NCBI GenBank assembly: GCA_030704615.1 | Contig: CM060733.1 | Span: 33,356,001-33,420,000 of the forward strand | Reading direction: 5' to 3' | Length of the DNA stretch: 64,000 nucleotides | From: Takakia lepidozioides | Taxonomy: Eukaryota; Plantae; Bryophyta | Shown here: positions 46,944 to 59,869 of the stretch, in pieces | Position numbering within the stretch: the stretch's first letter is position 1 | Layout: every line of letters begins with the position of its first letter | Position numbers and translations under genes: made by a program | Notes under the pieces: generated by a model | The model's database searches: none | Told to the model about the DNA's origin: nothing | The model's input: the letters and a program-made list of their open reading frames with translations, nothing else

Positions 46944-47817
46944 GATGCCTCTAGAGCTCTCCAGTTTGACGTTTGCAACAATGGTTGCTATTGCATGTAA
47001 CCTAAATCAAAATTGGACATTGTCAACCGTATTTGGATGCGGGTGTTGTTATTGTGTGCGAACGGAATTCATCCATTTCTGCGTCTTTGTATTATTAAAG
47101 AAATAAAGTGCTAGAAAATATGTACATCCGTTGCATGTACTTGTGATATATGTCAGATGTACTTCGCCGCCTGCCAATATATGGCGGCCTTCTTGCATGG
47201 TTTCAAATTCGGAAGTGCCGTAGAAATCTAATGCTAGTTCAATTTGGAGCAGTTCTTGCAGATTTGCCATAAATGTTGTGCTTCACATATGCATCCACGT
47301 GTGTCGTACTACCTGCCCTGTGCTTTGCATTTTGCCGTCATCGTCGCCATGGGGTCATTCGGTATAAAGGGTTGTGTCGGAAATAATCTTGTGTTGCACA
47401 CATCCGTGTGAGGTGACTCTTGGAGTGCCAGTGTTTGTGCTGTGCTCTTCTGGCACGGCACAACCTCATTACATTCGGGGTCTTCCTGTTTACTGCTCTC
47501 CAGGGTTGTTGCCGTCTTTCCATAAAGGATGGTTTCATGTCATGTTCAGGGTTTGTTTTTCATCCAAAAACAGCACGGCTTCTCGTGGCTTCCTGTATTT
47601 GAAAACAATTTTTCTAGTTGGTGTCTCTCAGCGTGGTTGTCTGCGAAGTTCAGTGCATGTCATTCTTGCATCCTTTTGATGCATTGCCCGCAGCCTTTGG
47701 GTTAGTGCTACCCTTGTTGACCTCAATTTTTTTGTGGTGGATCCCCTTTCGAGAATTGCGGGCTATCAGTTCGGGGATTCCGTTGTGAATCGAAAGTTTC
47801 GGTCAGCGTAGGAAAAC

Positions 47818-50800
47818 ATGTCCAGGGAGAGAGATAGACTAGCCCGATTTCATTCCAATGTAGGTAGTCTTCCACTGACTGCCACTGCAGACGACGATGG
47901 GTTTGCAGTTGTTCATGAGGATGAGTTGGTTACAGTGTTCCCACTGGAATTGGGTTCTCTGCTTGTTCATAAAGAGGTGTATGACGAGGATGGGAATTTG
48001 GATTCTGGACATTTGGAGAAACCATTGGTTGGCGAGTGTGGAAGGAAGTGGAGAGTCCTTCCAGGCACATACCGTGTCCTTGGAAAAGAGAGAAGACAAT
48101 CAGCAGGATCAGTCATTACACCTGGAACTGCAGCATCGGTCGTGCAGCAAAAGGGCACAGTTCATGTGAAACAAGAGGTAAGCACATCCACTACATTCGT
48201 GACTCTTTCAGACTCGTCCTCGGAGGATGTTTCTGAGATTCCTCCGCCAGTGCAGACTCCATTCTTGGATGAATCCGAATTGCAAGAGATAACGAGTGTC
48301 ATTCCAAAATAGAAAGCCCTCGCAGGGGTGCCTGGGTGCAAGAGCGAGCTGCGTTTTGTTGATTGGGAGTCCCTTCGTGTGCAACGGGTTCAATACGTGC
48401 CAGCAGAGTTTGATGGGGACATCTTGTTTGAGCTCGACCCTCCCCACGTCTTCCAATGGACTGGCTGGGCTTCTGCAGGGCATGGACAAGAAACATGACG
48501 GACACCCTTGGTGCAGGACAAAAACATCAAACATCCACAACGACATTGGATTGAAATTTTGAAGGTCGGTTTGCGTTGGGCATTGCAAGTGCCTGAATAT
48601 ATCTTGCCCTCGCCTGAGAAACAGCGCTCAACCAAACGAAAGTGAGTGGGAAGGTGTGCCCCTGAATCCTTTCACCCCAGGACTTGCCCCTCCCAAGACC
48701 AATACTTTTGTGTGCAGGTTCTGCAAACATTCCCCGTCCTGTGTTTCTGTGTGCCACGCTCGTATGTACCAGGTGGCACACCGATGCAAGACAATGACTC
48801 GTGCCTGCATTCATATGGGTGCACACGAGCATCCTGTGTCCAAAGGAAGTTGCAGGGATAGCGTGGACATTGCTAGAAAACTGCTGAAGCAGGAGTTCCA
48901 CAATGCCCCTTGTGCAACACCTTCTGCTATAGCACTTGCAGCTAGCAAGGCTTTCCTGGAAAAACACATATTGGCTGAAGGGGATTCGACACAACCAATG
49001 CTGGATGCAAATTCGCTTGATGCAGTGATGGACCATTTCTCCGTGTTGAGCTCTCCCAATATTCGAAACCAGGTGAATGCACTCAGAGTCGGCACAGGCA
49101 CTGTGGATTCATGGACAACATTATGGACCTCAAACGGAGAAGTCGCTATGAATTCATTCAAAACAGTATCTTCCCTGGCCAGGGCTCGTCCAAGGTGTAT
49201 TTGTTCAAGATGTCCGCAGTGGGCGAAGGCAGTGGTGTGAGCATTGTCCGCCGAATGCAACCTGGAGGAGATTTGGCTAAATGTTGGTTGATGTTTGATC
49301 ACTGCAAACGGGTGAAGGGTTGGACAACCATGGCGTGCCATGTGTATGATCCAGCGTACCAGCGTGTGCTCTCAATAGCAATTTGTGATATGCAGTCGGA
49401 GGACACTGAATCCCAGATGCTCATGTGGAATTCGCTCCTGGCCGTCATGCAGCGCAATGGAATACAGAACACAAATTTTGCAGGCTTCATGGTTGATAGT
49501 GCACAGGCAAATTTCAATGCAGTGCGGCGCGTGTTTGGTTTGGGGGATCCTAAGGTCCCAATGGAAAATAGGGAGCGCACATGCCTCTTCCATTGGAGTC
49601 AATCTTTGGCACGTCATACAAAGCGCTGCATTCGCCCTGACCTTCAGTTGGAGCACAGAAGGCTCTGTCTCAAGTACAAAAAATGCCAACTCAATGGGAG
49701 AAGCTGAGAGCACTTACCAAGCAATCCGGGCTTGGTGGTTCTCCTCTGGTGCTGCTACTGGTATCCACCTGAAGGAGTTGGAGGACTGGTTGGTTTTCTG
49801 GCACTTCAGATACAGACAGTGGGGAGCTTTCATGACGACGGTAAGCCTCTTGAATCCCAAAATCAGAAATTTTGCATCGTGCCTCTTCATTTGGGGTTCT
49901 TGGATTCGCTTGCAAAACCTCTTCCATTTCCTTTCCTTCCTCACATTTCCATGCAATGCCTCCCGCAGGACATGTCCTTGGAGGACTTGGCCGACATGCC
50001 ATCCTGTAATTTGGCGGAGACTATTCATAACGCCTGGATGCAGCAATCTACCAAAGCAGGTCGTGACTTATATGTGGCCACTGCTGATGACATGGTGCGG
50101 GCACTTATACAACAAACCAAGTACCGCAATTTTCTGATGGGACGGGGTGGAGGCAAGGGCCCCGGTACGACTTTGTTGATGCTAAGGGCTGCGAGTAGGT
50201 CCGGAGACCCATCCAAGATGGCCAGAGCTCTGAACAGGTGCACTGAAGGCTCCCCTTTGCAATCCAAGCTCCCTCATTTGGAAGGCGAGGAAAGATTTGG
50301 ATCATGCAAAAGGAAATTGAACACTCTTCCAGGGTCAGATGGAGATTCCCATCGCCCAGACAGGGTCAATTTCTCTGTGCCAAATGTGTCTCCAGTGCAG
50401 ACTAAGTCGTGTGCCAGCCCCTTCCCAGGTGGGTCCTCCTCATGTGGAGCAGGTGCAAAACATGCAAGCACAGCAGCAGGAATCCCATTGGAGGAGGTGG
50501 TGGCCATGGTGCAGGAATCTGATTGCATTGATAGTGAGTGGCATATAGAACGCACCCCACCAGGATCTAGAGTTGCTTGCATGGCAATTCGGACCCCCTC
50601 TTTCAAGAAATGCAAATCAAAAATATGCAAAGGCTCCAGGGGGACTCCAGCTCCAACATTCACAGGGTTGTTCCGACCTTATCATAGTGGGGAGTCAAAG
50701 GACCACAAGTTCTGGTTCTGCCCAGACGATATGGCACGATGCGTCAAGGGAACAATTTGTCCTTCGGTGATAATAAAATCCCCTCCCCCCGCAATTTGGC

Positions 50801-51381
50801 CTGTGAAACTTGGAACGTCGCTGTCAACAACCAAGATAAGCATGCTGGAGGAGGGAGGGTTTTGTCTTGCACGATCCCGAGTGGTGCCCTTGTGCACTGT
50901 CGGCACAAATGTGCCACATGCTCCGGCAATGCCTCCACCCGGTGCCGACTCCCACCCAACAAAAAGAGATGGAAAAACAGTGCGCCGTGTCGCTTCGGGT
51001 GCAGATCACGAATGCAAGATGGAATCGGCTAGAATTTTGTAGGCTCGGGTGGCTCGTATAACCGAAGTCCCTGCCCCGGGGTATGGACGGATTTACACAG
51101 TGCTGTCTATTGGCTCAGTTCTTCATGGCAAAGAATATTAGGTTACCGTGGGGAATTTCCCTACTTGCACTTGTCCAGATTTTATAACGATGCGTGAGGG
51201 CGCTCTCGGCATGAGAAGGAAGTGGGTCCCCTGCAAGCATCAATATTACATATACCTTGTAATTATGTGTTGCGACGGTAAGAGAGACCAATTCATTCAC
51301 CAAGCCACACTAGGCTACGGAGAAGTCATCACCCTTCTGCAGCGGGACACCTCACGTAGGGCTCCGCCAAATTCTCTTTGA
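47818..51381 (+). pseudogene. MULE-B Mutator-like transposase: Cys-rich N-terminus, DDE core, C-terminal SWIM finger (stops and frameshifts)
   Basis: LMFDHCKR..HVYD..FMVDSAQAN..TCLFHWSQ..CNLAETIH. SWIM motif CTCPDF..PCKH. Confidence 0.88.
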
Positions 51382-52509
51382 ACACATACGAGCCATGCCC
51401 GCTTCCCATGCTGGTTTCCAGGTTGCCGTGTGAAGACTTTGCATTTAGGACAACCACATACATTTCGTTCACGGAACCAGGGCAAATGCACATGCCATTC
51501 ATTGTAAGCGTCTATCTGTGAATTGAAATAAAGTGTGTCAATCATTCTGAGCTCAATTCTGCCAAATTTTCATATTCCTCTTTTTGTGCAGGCATTGCAG
51601 ACATGGTGCATGGTGGCCCCCTTTGTTTTGTCCACGGTAATAGGCCCTCTTCTTGCAATCCTCGCCTATAGGACCTGCTTCTCCAGCAGATTTGTGCCGC
51701 TCACGCTTCCTTGAAGCGTGAGCTCAGCTCACGCTTTGCAGCTACAACGTGAGCTCAGCTCCCAGGCTCACGGGGCTGGGCTCACGCCGTAGCTACGCTG
51801 CTCAAGAGCTGCCGGCTTTGCACACGCATTGCAAACTATCTAAGGTTCACTCAACCGGTAACATGAAACACGATGAACAAATGAACACAAATTCCATAAG
51901 ACGGGAAAACAGGGTGAAATGTTTTGAAGGCACTTCATCTGCTTAGACAATCTTCTCAGCTCAGCATGGATTTCCTTAATTTTTAACCACTCTAACCTTG
52001 ATCATTCTTCTCAACAGCTCCTGCTTTTGCGATGCAACCATACGCTTCCAGCGATGCCAGGCTGAAGATGCGAAAACAAACCAAAAAACGAAGTAAACAA
52101 CAAAGCGAAAGCGGAAGTGGCTTGCCTGGGAGTACTCGGTTTCAGTTGGCGCGGGTTGTGAGCAAGACACTGGAATCTCTTGCTGGAGCTTAAGTTTGGC
52201 CATGCAAGAGGTTGGCCGTCGCCCGTAGTACAAAGCCTTCAACTTCCGCCGCGGTATGGATGTGGGGTCTCTCTCAGGAGAGCCACGCCCTTCACGCGGC
52301 ATAAGTCCTAGCAAAAGAAAAAAGATCTCAGTATTTTTGCGTACATGCCTCGAATAGAACTTCATCCAAGTTTAGCATCAGGTTTCCAAGACGTATCGAG
52401 GAAGCAAGCGCGGAATCCCTGTGTCGCCATCACGAATCAAAACCGACGGCGGAGGACATTTAATGCCCAACTACGCAATTAAATGTCGAATGAAGTATGA
52501 CGCAACGAA

Positions 52510-53266
52510 GCCCTCGGCGCCGAATTTCCATCCGCCAGGTAAGTCGGAGCGCCGAATTTCCATCATGCACGTAATTCAAAGAGCGGATGGATAGAAATCC
52601 GGCGCCGAATTTCCGTCCGCCAGGTAAGTCGGAGCGCCGTTTTTCCATCATGCAGGTAATTCGGAGAGCGGATGGATGGAAATCCGGCGCCGAATTTCCA
52701 TCCTGCAGGTAACTCGGAGCGCGGATGGATGGAAATCTGGCGCCGAATTTCCGTCCGCCAGGTAAGTCGGAGCGCGGAAGGATGGAAATCCGGCGTTGAA
52801 TTTCCGTCCGCCAGGTAAGTCGGAGCGCATATCCAACAGGGGGCACCGGGATAAAGTCGACTCGGGTGGAGGGGATGGAAAACAGGCGCCGAATTTCCAT
52901 TCGGCATGTAATCGCAATCGCGGCCAGATGGAATTTCGGCAACGAATTTCCATGTAGGAACTAAGAGGGATGGAAAAGAAGCAAGGAATTTCTCTCTACC
53001 AGTTGAGAATTCCCTGAAAAACGTGTCTACAAGTGGACTTCAGCCACTAAACTTAAGGTTTAGTGTCTTTTTAGACCAAAAAACCAACGCCACGCTCAAA
53101 ATTACCTGCAGGATGATAATTCGACGCCGAATTTCCATCCGGCCGCGCTCCGAGTTACCTGCTTGATGGAAATCCGGCGCCGGATTTCCATCCGGCCGCG
53201 CTCTGAATTACCTGCATGACGGAAATTCGGCGCCGGATTTCCATCCATCCGCGCTCCGAATTACCT
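52510..53266. repeat. ~53-bp palindromic tandem repeat in two oppositely oriented blocks (~52510-52950 and ~53100-53266)
   Basis: Core GATGGAAATCCGGCGCCGAATTTCCATC followed by CAGGTAA.TCGGAGCGC. The second block is the reverse complement of the first. Confidence 0.88.
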
Positions 53267-54253
53267 TATGTAGTTGGAGAAACTGCATGACCTCTCAACG
53301 GCATGTGTTGAGGCGAAAGAGAAGGTGAGGTTTCAATGCACTGAAGTTCCTTCCTAGCAATAGCCACTCTTCTTCCTGCTCCTGACATTGGATCGGAAAT
53401 GGCAGACACGGTGGCTGTCGATCTGGAATGCATCGGAGATTGCAATTGCATGCCGCAAGCTATTAACCGCCCGCTTTGTTCCTTAGGTGCTTCAATGTGG
53501 GCAGGGACGTTGTCCGACAGACATGTGTTCACCTTCGAGCCAGATACTGCCCTCCACAACTCGGAACTTGCAGCGGCTGAACGTCTGCCCAAAGAGGAAG
53601 AGGCACCCTCGGAGGATGAGGAAAAATCCGAGAAAGAGCAGGGGGAGGAACAAGTTGGGATCAAGGCCGAGGAGCCCCCGGTTTACGAGTGAGTGGTCGC
53701 ATTGTAAGTTGCCTCCAGATTTCGTGAGGCACCTCCCTTCGCTCTCTTATTTCATTGAAAACCCTTTCTACTTCTGCTGGTATTGACATTCTTGAAGTGG
53801 ATTTGTTCTTACTGTAGGATGCCAAGTACTGCAGGAGGGACATCTACACCGGAGTTCATGGGCAGGAGGAACGTGCCTTTTTTTGCTAGGGGGGATTTCA
53901 TGCCTAGTCCAAAAAGTACTTATGCTGCCCAGCTTGCTTCGGTGTCCATTAGGAGGTCTTCCGAACCTAGTCGTGTACAGCAGATTTTAGACGAGGCAAG
54001 CCTCAAGAAAATGAAGATGAGGGAGGAGGCAACAGATATTAGAGCCCGTCGGGCTCGTAGATTTGTCTTAGATTCTGCTGAGGAAAGTGGGGGAGAAGAG
54101 GCAGAAGATTCCCAGGAGGTGAGGTGGACAGTCCCCCAAGGAGAGGACGGAATTTTTGAGAGGCATAGTGCAACCGATGCATCACAGTGCTCGGAGGATG
54201 GGGGGGATGAGGGGGATGAGGAAGAAGAGGGCCAAGTTCCTCAGAAGGTGTAG
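53267..54253 (+). pseudogene. Copy C: 3' end of a ParB-MTase-type gene (motif I region and acidic tail)
   Basis: VAVDLECIG / GASMWAGTLSDRHVFTFEPDTALH aligns to VLDLSMGTG / GASYHACKASARHLFGIEGDAEIY. The acceptor is the same, AG|GTGCTTC at 53486/53487. Confidence 0.6.
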
Positions 54254-54270
54254 GAGAGTAGTTCCCATTC

Positions 54271-54780
54271 TTGCTATGTCAATTAGGACACACTTGTGTA
54301 GACGTGGCTTGCCACAAAATTTGCAATAAAATGTTGCATTTCATTGCTATGACGAGTCCACATGACCCTATTTCCGTGCCTCCTAACCCTATTTCAGTGG
54401 ACACACAATGGCCCGCTCATGTTTTTTTTTTTTCCGCTCATGCTCATGCCGCTCATGAAATAGCAGCCCCCGCTCATACTCCTCTAGAATTGGACAGTAA
54501 TGTAGAGGTACACCGCATGATTCAAGAGACTTTTCAGATCATAGATACAACGCACACATTAATTAACGGGGCAGAAGAGGAGTTAGAGGATTTGGATGTT
54601 CAATCCCATACGAACATCCCACCAGAAGCCCATGACCCGGTCGCGGGTGGGGACTCTCGCTCTGATGATCCCATCTCGTTGGAAGAGACATGTACACCTT
54701 TATATGAAGGCTATAAATCCTCTAAGCTTGCAGCCACCATGCTTATAATGAATCTATTGTAAGGCAATAACAAGTGCTAC
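54271..54780 (+). pseudogene. Probable CACTA transposase N-terminal remnant
   Basis: TPLYEGYKSSKLAATMLIMNL resembles the PLY.G..SKL motif of En/Spm TnpD proteins. Confidence 0.5.
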
Positions 54781-54789
54781 AATTTTGAG

Positions 54790-56303
54790 CTGCGATTTTC
54801 AAGCTAAGTGTCTAAGTGTCGGGGCTCAGGAAGAAAGCAATGCAGGGATAAAAAAGATGATTGGATGGATGCTAAGGTCAAGCAGTCAAGCTCACCAATG
54901 TTGTCCCGACCATCTGAGAGCACCAAGTTGTTGCAATTTTTCTGCTCCACATCATCATCATCATGCTCCATGATCAAGCCATCATCACCTGCCTCTTCAT
55001 GCTGAACCAAGGTTGGCTTTACTTCCAATTTTTTTATTAATCCAATCTTCGAACTTTGGATCATTCATAATTGGACTCATGTCTTCTGTGCAAATTGACT
55101 CAACTTGACATGGCAATTCACCACCATCTCTTCCATGGAAACATCAGGCTTGTTCAACAAGTTGACCGCCCTTTCAGGATAATGATCTTCCTCCTCCTCT
55201 ATCCTAGCCACTGCTAAACTGAGTTATGCTGACTCCATTCCACTGAACTTCCTCAATAAACCTATCCGCATTTCTTTCCAGTTTGCAGGTCTAGGTCTTT
55301 GCTTGTTGTACCAACTATCGGCTCTTCCAAAGAGACTGAGCCTTGCTACTTGGAACAGCCTCTCCCTACGTATATTTGCAATGTCAGTAGCCATTTGCAA
55401 CCTCTTAATCCAGGCCACGACATCTTCAGCTTGTGTTCCATGAAATGGAACATCTACTCCAGCAGGGCTGGTTGTGTGCATCATAGTGTTAGTTAGAACC
55501 AACCTTCGTTGGAGTGCTTCTCCCTGTGTCTTCTCAGTGACTACCTTCTTCAGCTTGCAAGTTACTCCTTGTAATGTCTCAGCCTCTGCCTGAATTATAG
55601 CTCTTCCTGATTATTGTCTCCTTGTCCTGTGCCCACTTCTTGCAGGTACTAGTTTGTTTGGAAGGTCTGGTGTTTTCACCGAATTACTCCTTCACGCCCA
55701 GCCGCATCCTCAATAGTTTTAAATGTCTCCTTCTTCCTTGGAGTTACAAGTACCTCTGTTTTCAAGGCCTATTGGGTGTGAACTGATCTTGTGGAAGCTT
55801 CTTGGATGTTGATACTTCAGACTCTCCCCCTTTTGCTAGTCTCCTCTTGCAAATATGGATCACATATAGTTTCAAATTTTTAGGAATGCTTAGTCCTTGG
55901 TCAACAGGTGAAACATGTTGTTGAGTTTCTCCAGCAATCTGAGAATGACCTTTATCACCGACACCTCCTTCCTCTTTGTCCTGACTTCACAATGAAAATG
56001 ATGAAGGTACTTTGCCTCTTACCTCTTCTCCCTTCCTTTCCGAAGTGAGTTCTCTGTTTGTTGTTGTTAGCTCCATGTCTGTCATGACTGCCAAGCATAG
56101 TTTCTTCACACCAGCCTCACCAACTATTCTCATGGCTCTTTGATGATCCTTCAGCTTGCTATTTGAAGCCACCTTCAGCTCTAATTTCTTCCACAGACCA
56201 GCCTCAAACTCCAATGACTTCGGGTGTAATCTGAACTCATGATGGGAACTGTTTCTCCATAATCGTGATTATTTCGTCCTGAGAACCGACCGCTCCGATA
56301 CCA
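54790..56303 (-). mobile_element. Degraded LTR retrotransposon 5' region: gag remnant and tRNA-Met-type PBS
   Basis: FHGTQAEDVVAWI..LFGRADSWY (55224-55502). Minus strand TGGTATCGGAGC at 56292-56303. Confidence 0.7.
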
Positions 56304-59259
56304 AAAAGAGGGCTCCTGCATATTATTCTTGTTCACTCATGCATTGTGGTTAGTTGGTGATACGTACCGCATCAGAAGAGAAGATATCACCTATGCCATC
56401 TAGCATGCTATCCTAGAAACTGCAAGTATGTCTAGTTCTAGTGAGTTTCCTCTCTTATCCTATGTGTATCTCTCTACCCTACAAACTGAATTTTATGTGC
56501 ATAAACAGGTGGCCAGGATCTATGCTACTTGTCATCATGATTCCAAGGGTTTTCCATCTGCATTGTAGATTATGGAAATGAATCAAACACCTATAAGTTG
56601 CCGTAAGTATACTCCTGGTACGATTAACTATTTGTGCTCTAAGTGCCCACGATGCTGTGATTCTAAGTCCCTGTCTCAAATTCAAACCCCCCATTCTTAA
56701 GCATCTGATCCGTCTATATGCCCCAAACATTGCATCTCAAGAGACAAGACCTTCGCCATATGCACCAAAGGATCACCATTTACTGCCCAATCAGTCTAGA
56801 CTGTACGAGCCCATCTCTCACACATTGCTCACAAGTCCAAGGTCCTGATTCATGCTTACTACTCGCTTATATTCTTCCCCGCTGCCCCTATCCACATTGG
56901 ACGGTGCGCTAAGAGACCGCTAATTCCATGGCTAACCCATCGTTCTCGGCTTCTTTTATTTTGCAGATCGCAGGTAATTATCCCCCTTTCGTCTACCCTG
57001 CACGCTGATAATACTTGTGCCTCCCTAGATTTTCTGCAGCTACTTCTTTTCATCCATACGGATGAATAAGCACACCTTTCTATGCTAATTACCACCTTCA
57101 TTCATCTATCTATCATCCAGCTATGCTTACTTATCCATCCAGCTAGTGATGACCAACTATCGAGTCCGTTCATCCGCCCGTCATCCTAAAAATTCCCAAC
57201 TGGATGTCGATGGCATGGAGCGGGACCTGGAAAGCAAAATTGGCCAAGTATAAAGATGATGGAGCGAGAATTTAGTGTAAATGGATGGATGCAAGATGAT
57301 CAGTGTTTTTCATTCAAATTGTCAGTGATGGATGAAAATGGAGAACAGATGGAGAAACAAGTGAAATTCATACAACGGATGGAGAAGAGGATGAAAACAA
57401 AATCTTGAAAAACATTCATCTATTTTTCAACGGATGGAAGTAGGCAATGAAAAGTGAAATCATGGATAAAAATTTGACAAAGGAATTTAATTGGCAGGTT
57501 GACTATTTGAATCCTAAAAATGGCGAATTAAGTTATGATCGGCGCATCGTATGGGCAAAGGGACTGTTTGAGACCAAACTAAGATCGAGGAGATGAGGAT
57601 GAAATTAATGTAGCCGCAATTTTATGTTTAGGTGGGGATAAGGCAAAGGGGGATAATACCCGGCCTTGTCGTGACATTCCACGATGAAGAATCTGATTTA
57701 AATTCTCTGTTTGTAGTATATTATGAGCCCATGTGGGCAGTCAGTGGTGTTGTGTGGTGAAGAAGGAGAGTGAGCACGTATAAATGAGAGCTCTAGGAAG
57801 AAGATAGCACCAGTTTACATATGATACTTGGAGTGGATTGAAAAGCCATAAAAGTGTAAACATGTAGTGTGCCTTGTTGTTTTCATAACCAGCGAGTAGG
57901 CTGGTGTATCAGGCCTGTTCGGCTGAAATATATATAATGCTGATTTCAATCTATGCCTTTGAGTCTTATGATCATGGGGAAAAGCTTTGTTACTTATTTC
58001 CTTCACTATGTACTAGATTGATCATAGAATTGGGATCTATTTCTTCACTAACACTAAGGATGAGGGCTGTTTGTACTTAGAATATGTAACACCATCAGAT
58101 CATATGCAAGTGGTTTCCGGCATAGATAAATGGATTTAACAATTAGCTAGATTAGTATTATATTAACTAATTTACTATAGAGGCATAGAGTGGAGGCAAG
58201 AAATATGACATAGAGTAATCTGATTTGGTCCCTGATTAATGGACTAACTCCTTACTGATATTAAGATCAGAAAATTATATGAAATAGCAATGCCTAGTGG
58301 AGAGAAGTATGATCCATGAAGCAAGTAAAATTACAAGTAGTTCACATACCTCATACAATTAGTAGAGCTGAAGTTTTCCAGAGATAACTCCCTTGCCTGT
58401 CATGTATTAAGAAATGCATTAGTCCTGACCCGATCATCAGTAGATGATAACTGATCTCTTGAGGTCAAGACTAACTAAGTGGCACTCATTGAACGTTCTT
58501 TAGCAAATGAGACGACATATGAACTCCAAAGGGATGATATTTCCGACTGTGCTTGGGCAAAATCAACACTAGAATACAATAAGTTTCATGCACAAATTTT
58601 ACTGTCTATTCTTGGTTTTCTCTTCCGCTGCAGCCTAGGATAGACAGAGTACTAACGGTTGATCAAGTTGATGTCTGGGTAGGTCCCCTCTTTTTACTTA
58701 CACTAGCCCTGTTTGGAAAACTAACTCAGCCGCTATAGCAGATACTGACTAAGGAACAGGAAAGTAAATCGCAACAAAAAACTAAGGCATGTAGGCTGAT
58801 GTCTGCTCCAAAATACAAATTGTCAGTAGCTCGCCATGCCCATGCTTATGTGCTTGCATGAAGAACGCCATCACTCATAAATCCCGCCGATGTAAGGCAC
58901 ATGGATGTTTGGCGGATGGATGTCTTCATCCAATGAATCATAATTCATCCATCACGGTCATTCATCCAACTACTTAAATGTTGTAAAATTTTAAGTACTT
59001 AGCCCATCAAACAACTGTAATAAAATAAAAATTACCACATATTCACACTACACTACTCTAATCTTACTCTCATTTTTCATCTTCAAAACACAACAACTTT
59101 GTTTGGAAACCAATTTTTGGGTGATCTCAAATTGAGTTGACAACAAAAATAAATTGCAACACCTAATTTAAAGTTCATATGAAAAAAGATATAAATGAAA
59201 GTAGACTAATTTAGACTAGACAAAAATTTAGCAAAGTGAGCCACTGTAGCATGCTTCTG

Positions 59260-59850
59260 CCCTCATGTTCCTTCCACACAATTGGCAGCATTGCGGGAGG
59301 AGCTCAAGCAAGAGTTTGAGGCAAGATTTGCCACTGAGTGTGCAAACAAGGTCGATGTGGAGGCCAACCTCAAGTTACAGAAAGAGTTGGAGGACACTAA
59401 ATCTGCCCTACAGCTTGCGAAGGAAAATTTGATTGAAGCAGGTCTGGAGCAAGAGAAGTTGCATGAAGTACATAAGCAACAGTTATACCAGTTGCATGTG
59501 CTTCATACAGAATTGGAAGCAGTCCATCAGAGAATGACCATACAAAATACCACACTAACAACTAATCTGGAGATGGTTGCACTAGAAGTCAAGAACCAAG
59601 CGGAGAGATGTACAACGGCGGAGACAGAGTCAATGGAGCAAGGGAACTCATTACTGACATGAAGGCTACTATCTGTCGCAATGAGGATACTTTTTGGCAG
59701 TACCGTTAGGTCGATGCCCAGAAGGACAGGTACATCTTTGAATTGCAGCAAACAATCACAGTACAGGAGAATGAGCTTTCTGTGACTGACAAGGCCTAGA
59801 AAGAAGCCAATAATCTGTTTGCTGCCTACATGGCTCTAGTTGAGTGCAAA
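59260..59850 (+). pseudogene. Fragment homologous to the coiled-coil part of the Gypsy-1 extra ORF
   Basis: LREELKQEFEARFATECANKVD versus LKEELRKEFEARLATECANKVD in 1947-5792. Confidence 0.88.
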
Positions 59851-59869
59851 GCATTGAGAGTTTACAGCC

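Larger units (their letters stand above)
36197..51648. mobile_element. MULE-B: Mutator-like element with divergently oriented transposase and ParB-methyltransferase genes
   Basis: Short inverted ends AGGGCCTATT (36197-36206) and AATAGGCCCT (51639-51648) bracket both genes. No TSD found, so the boundaries are tentative. Confidence 0.55.

Noticed and set aside
57100-59250. GGATG/CATCC-rich stretches as a MITE, or host exons in the AT-rich interval
   Set aside because: I could not define TIRs, a TSD or a convincing reading frame.
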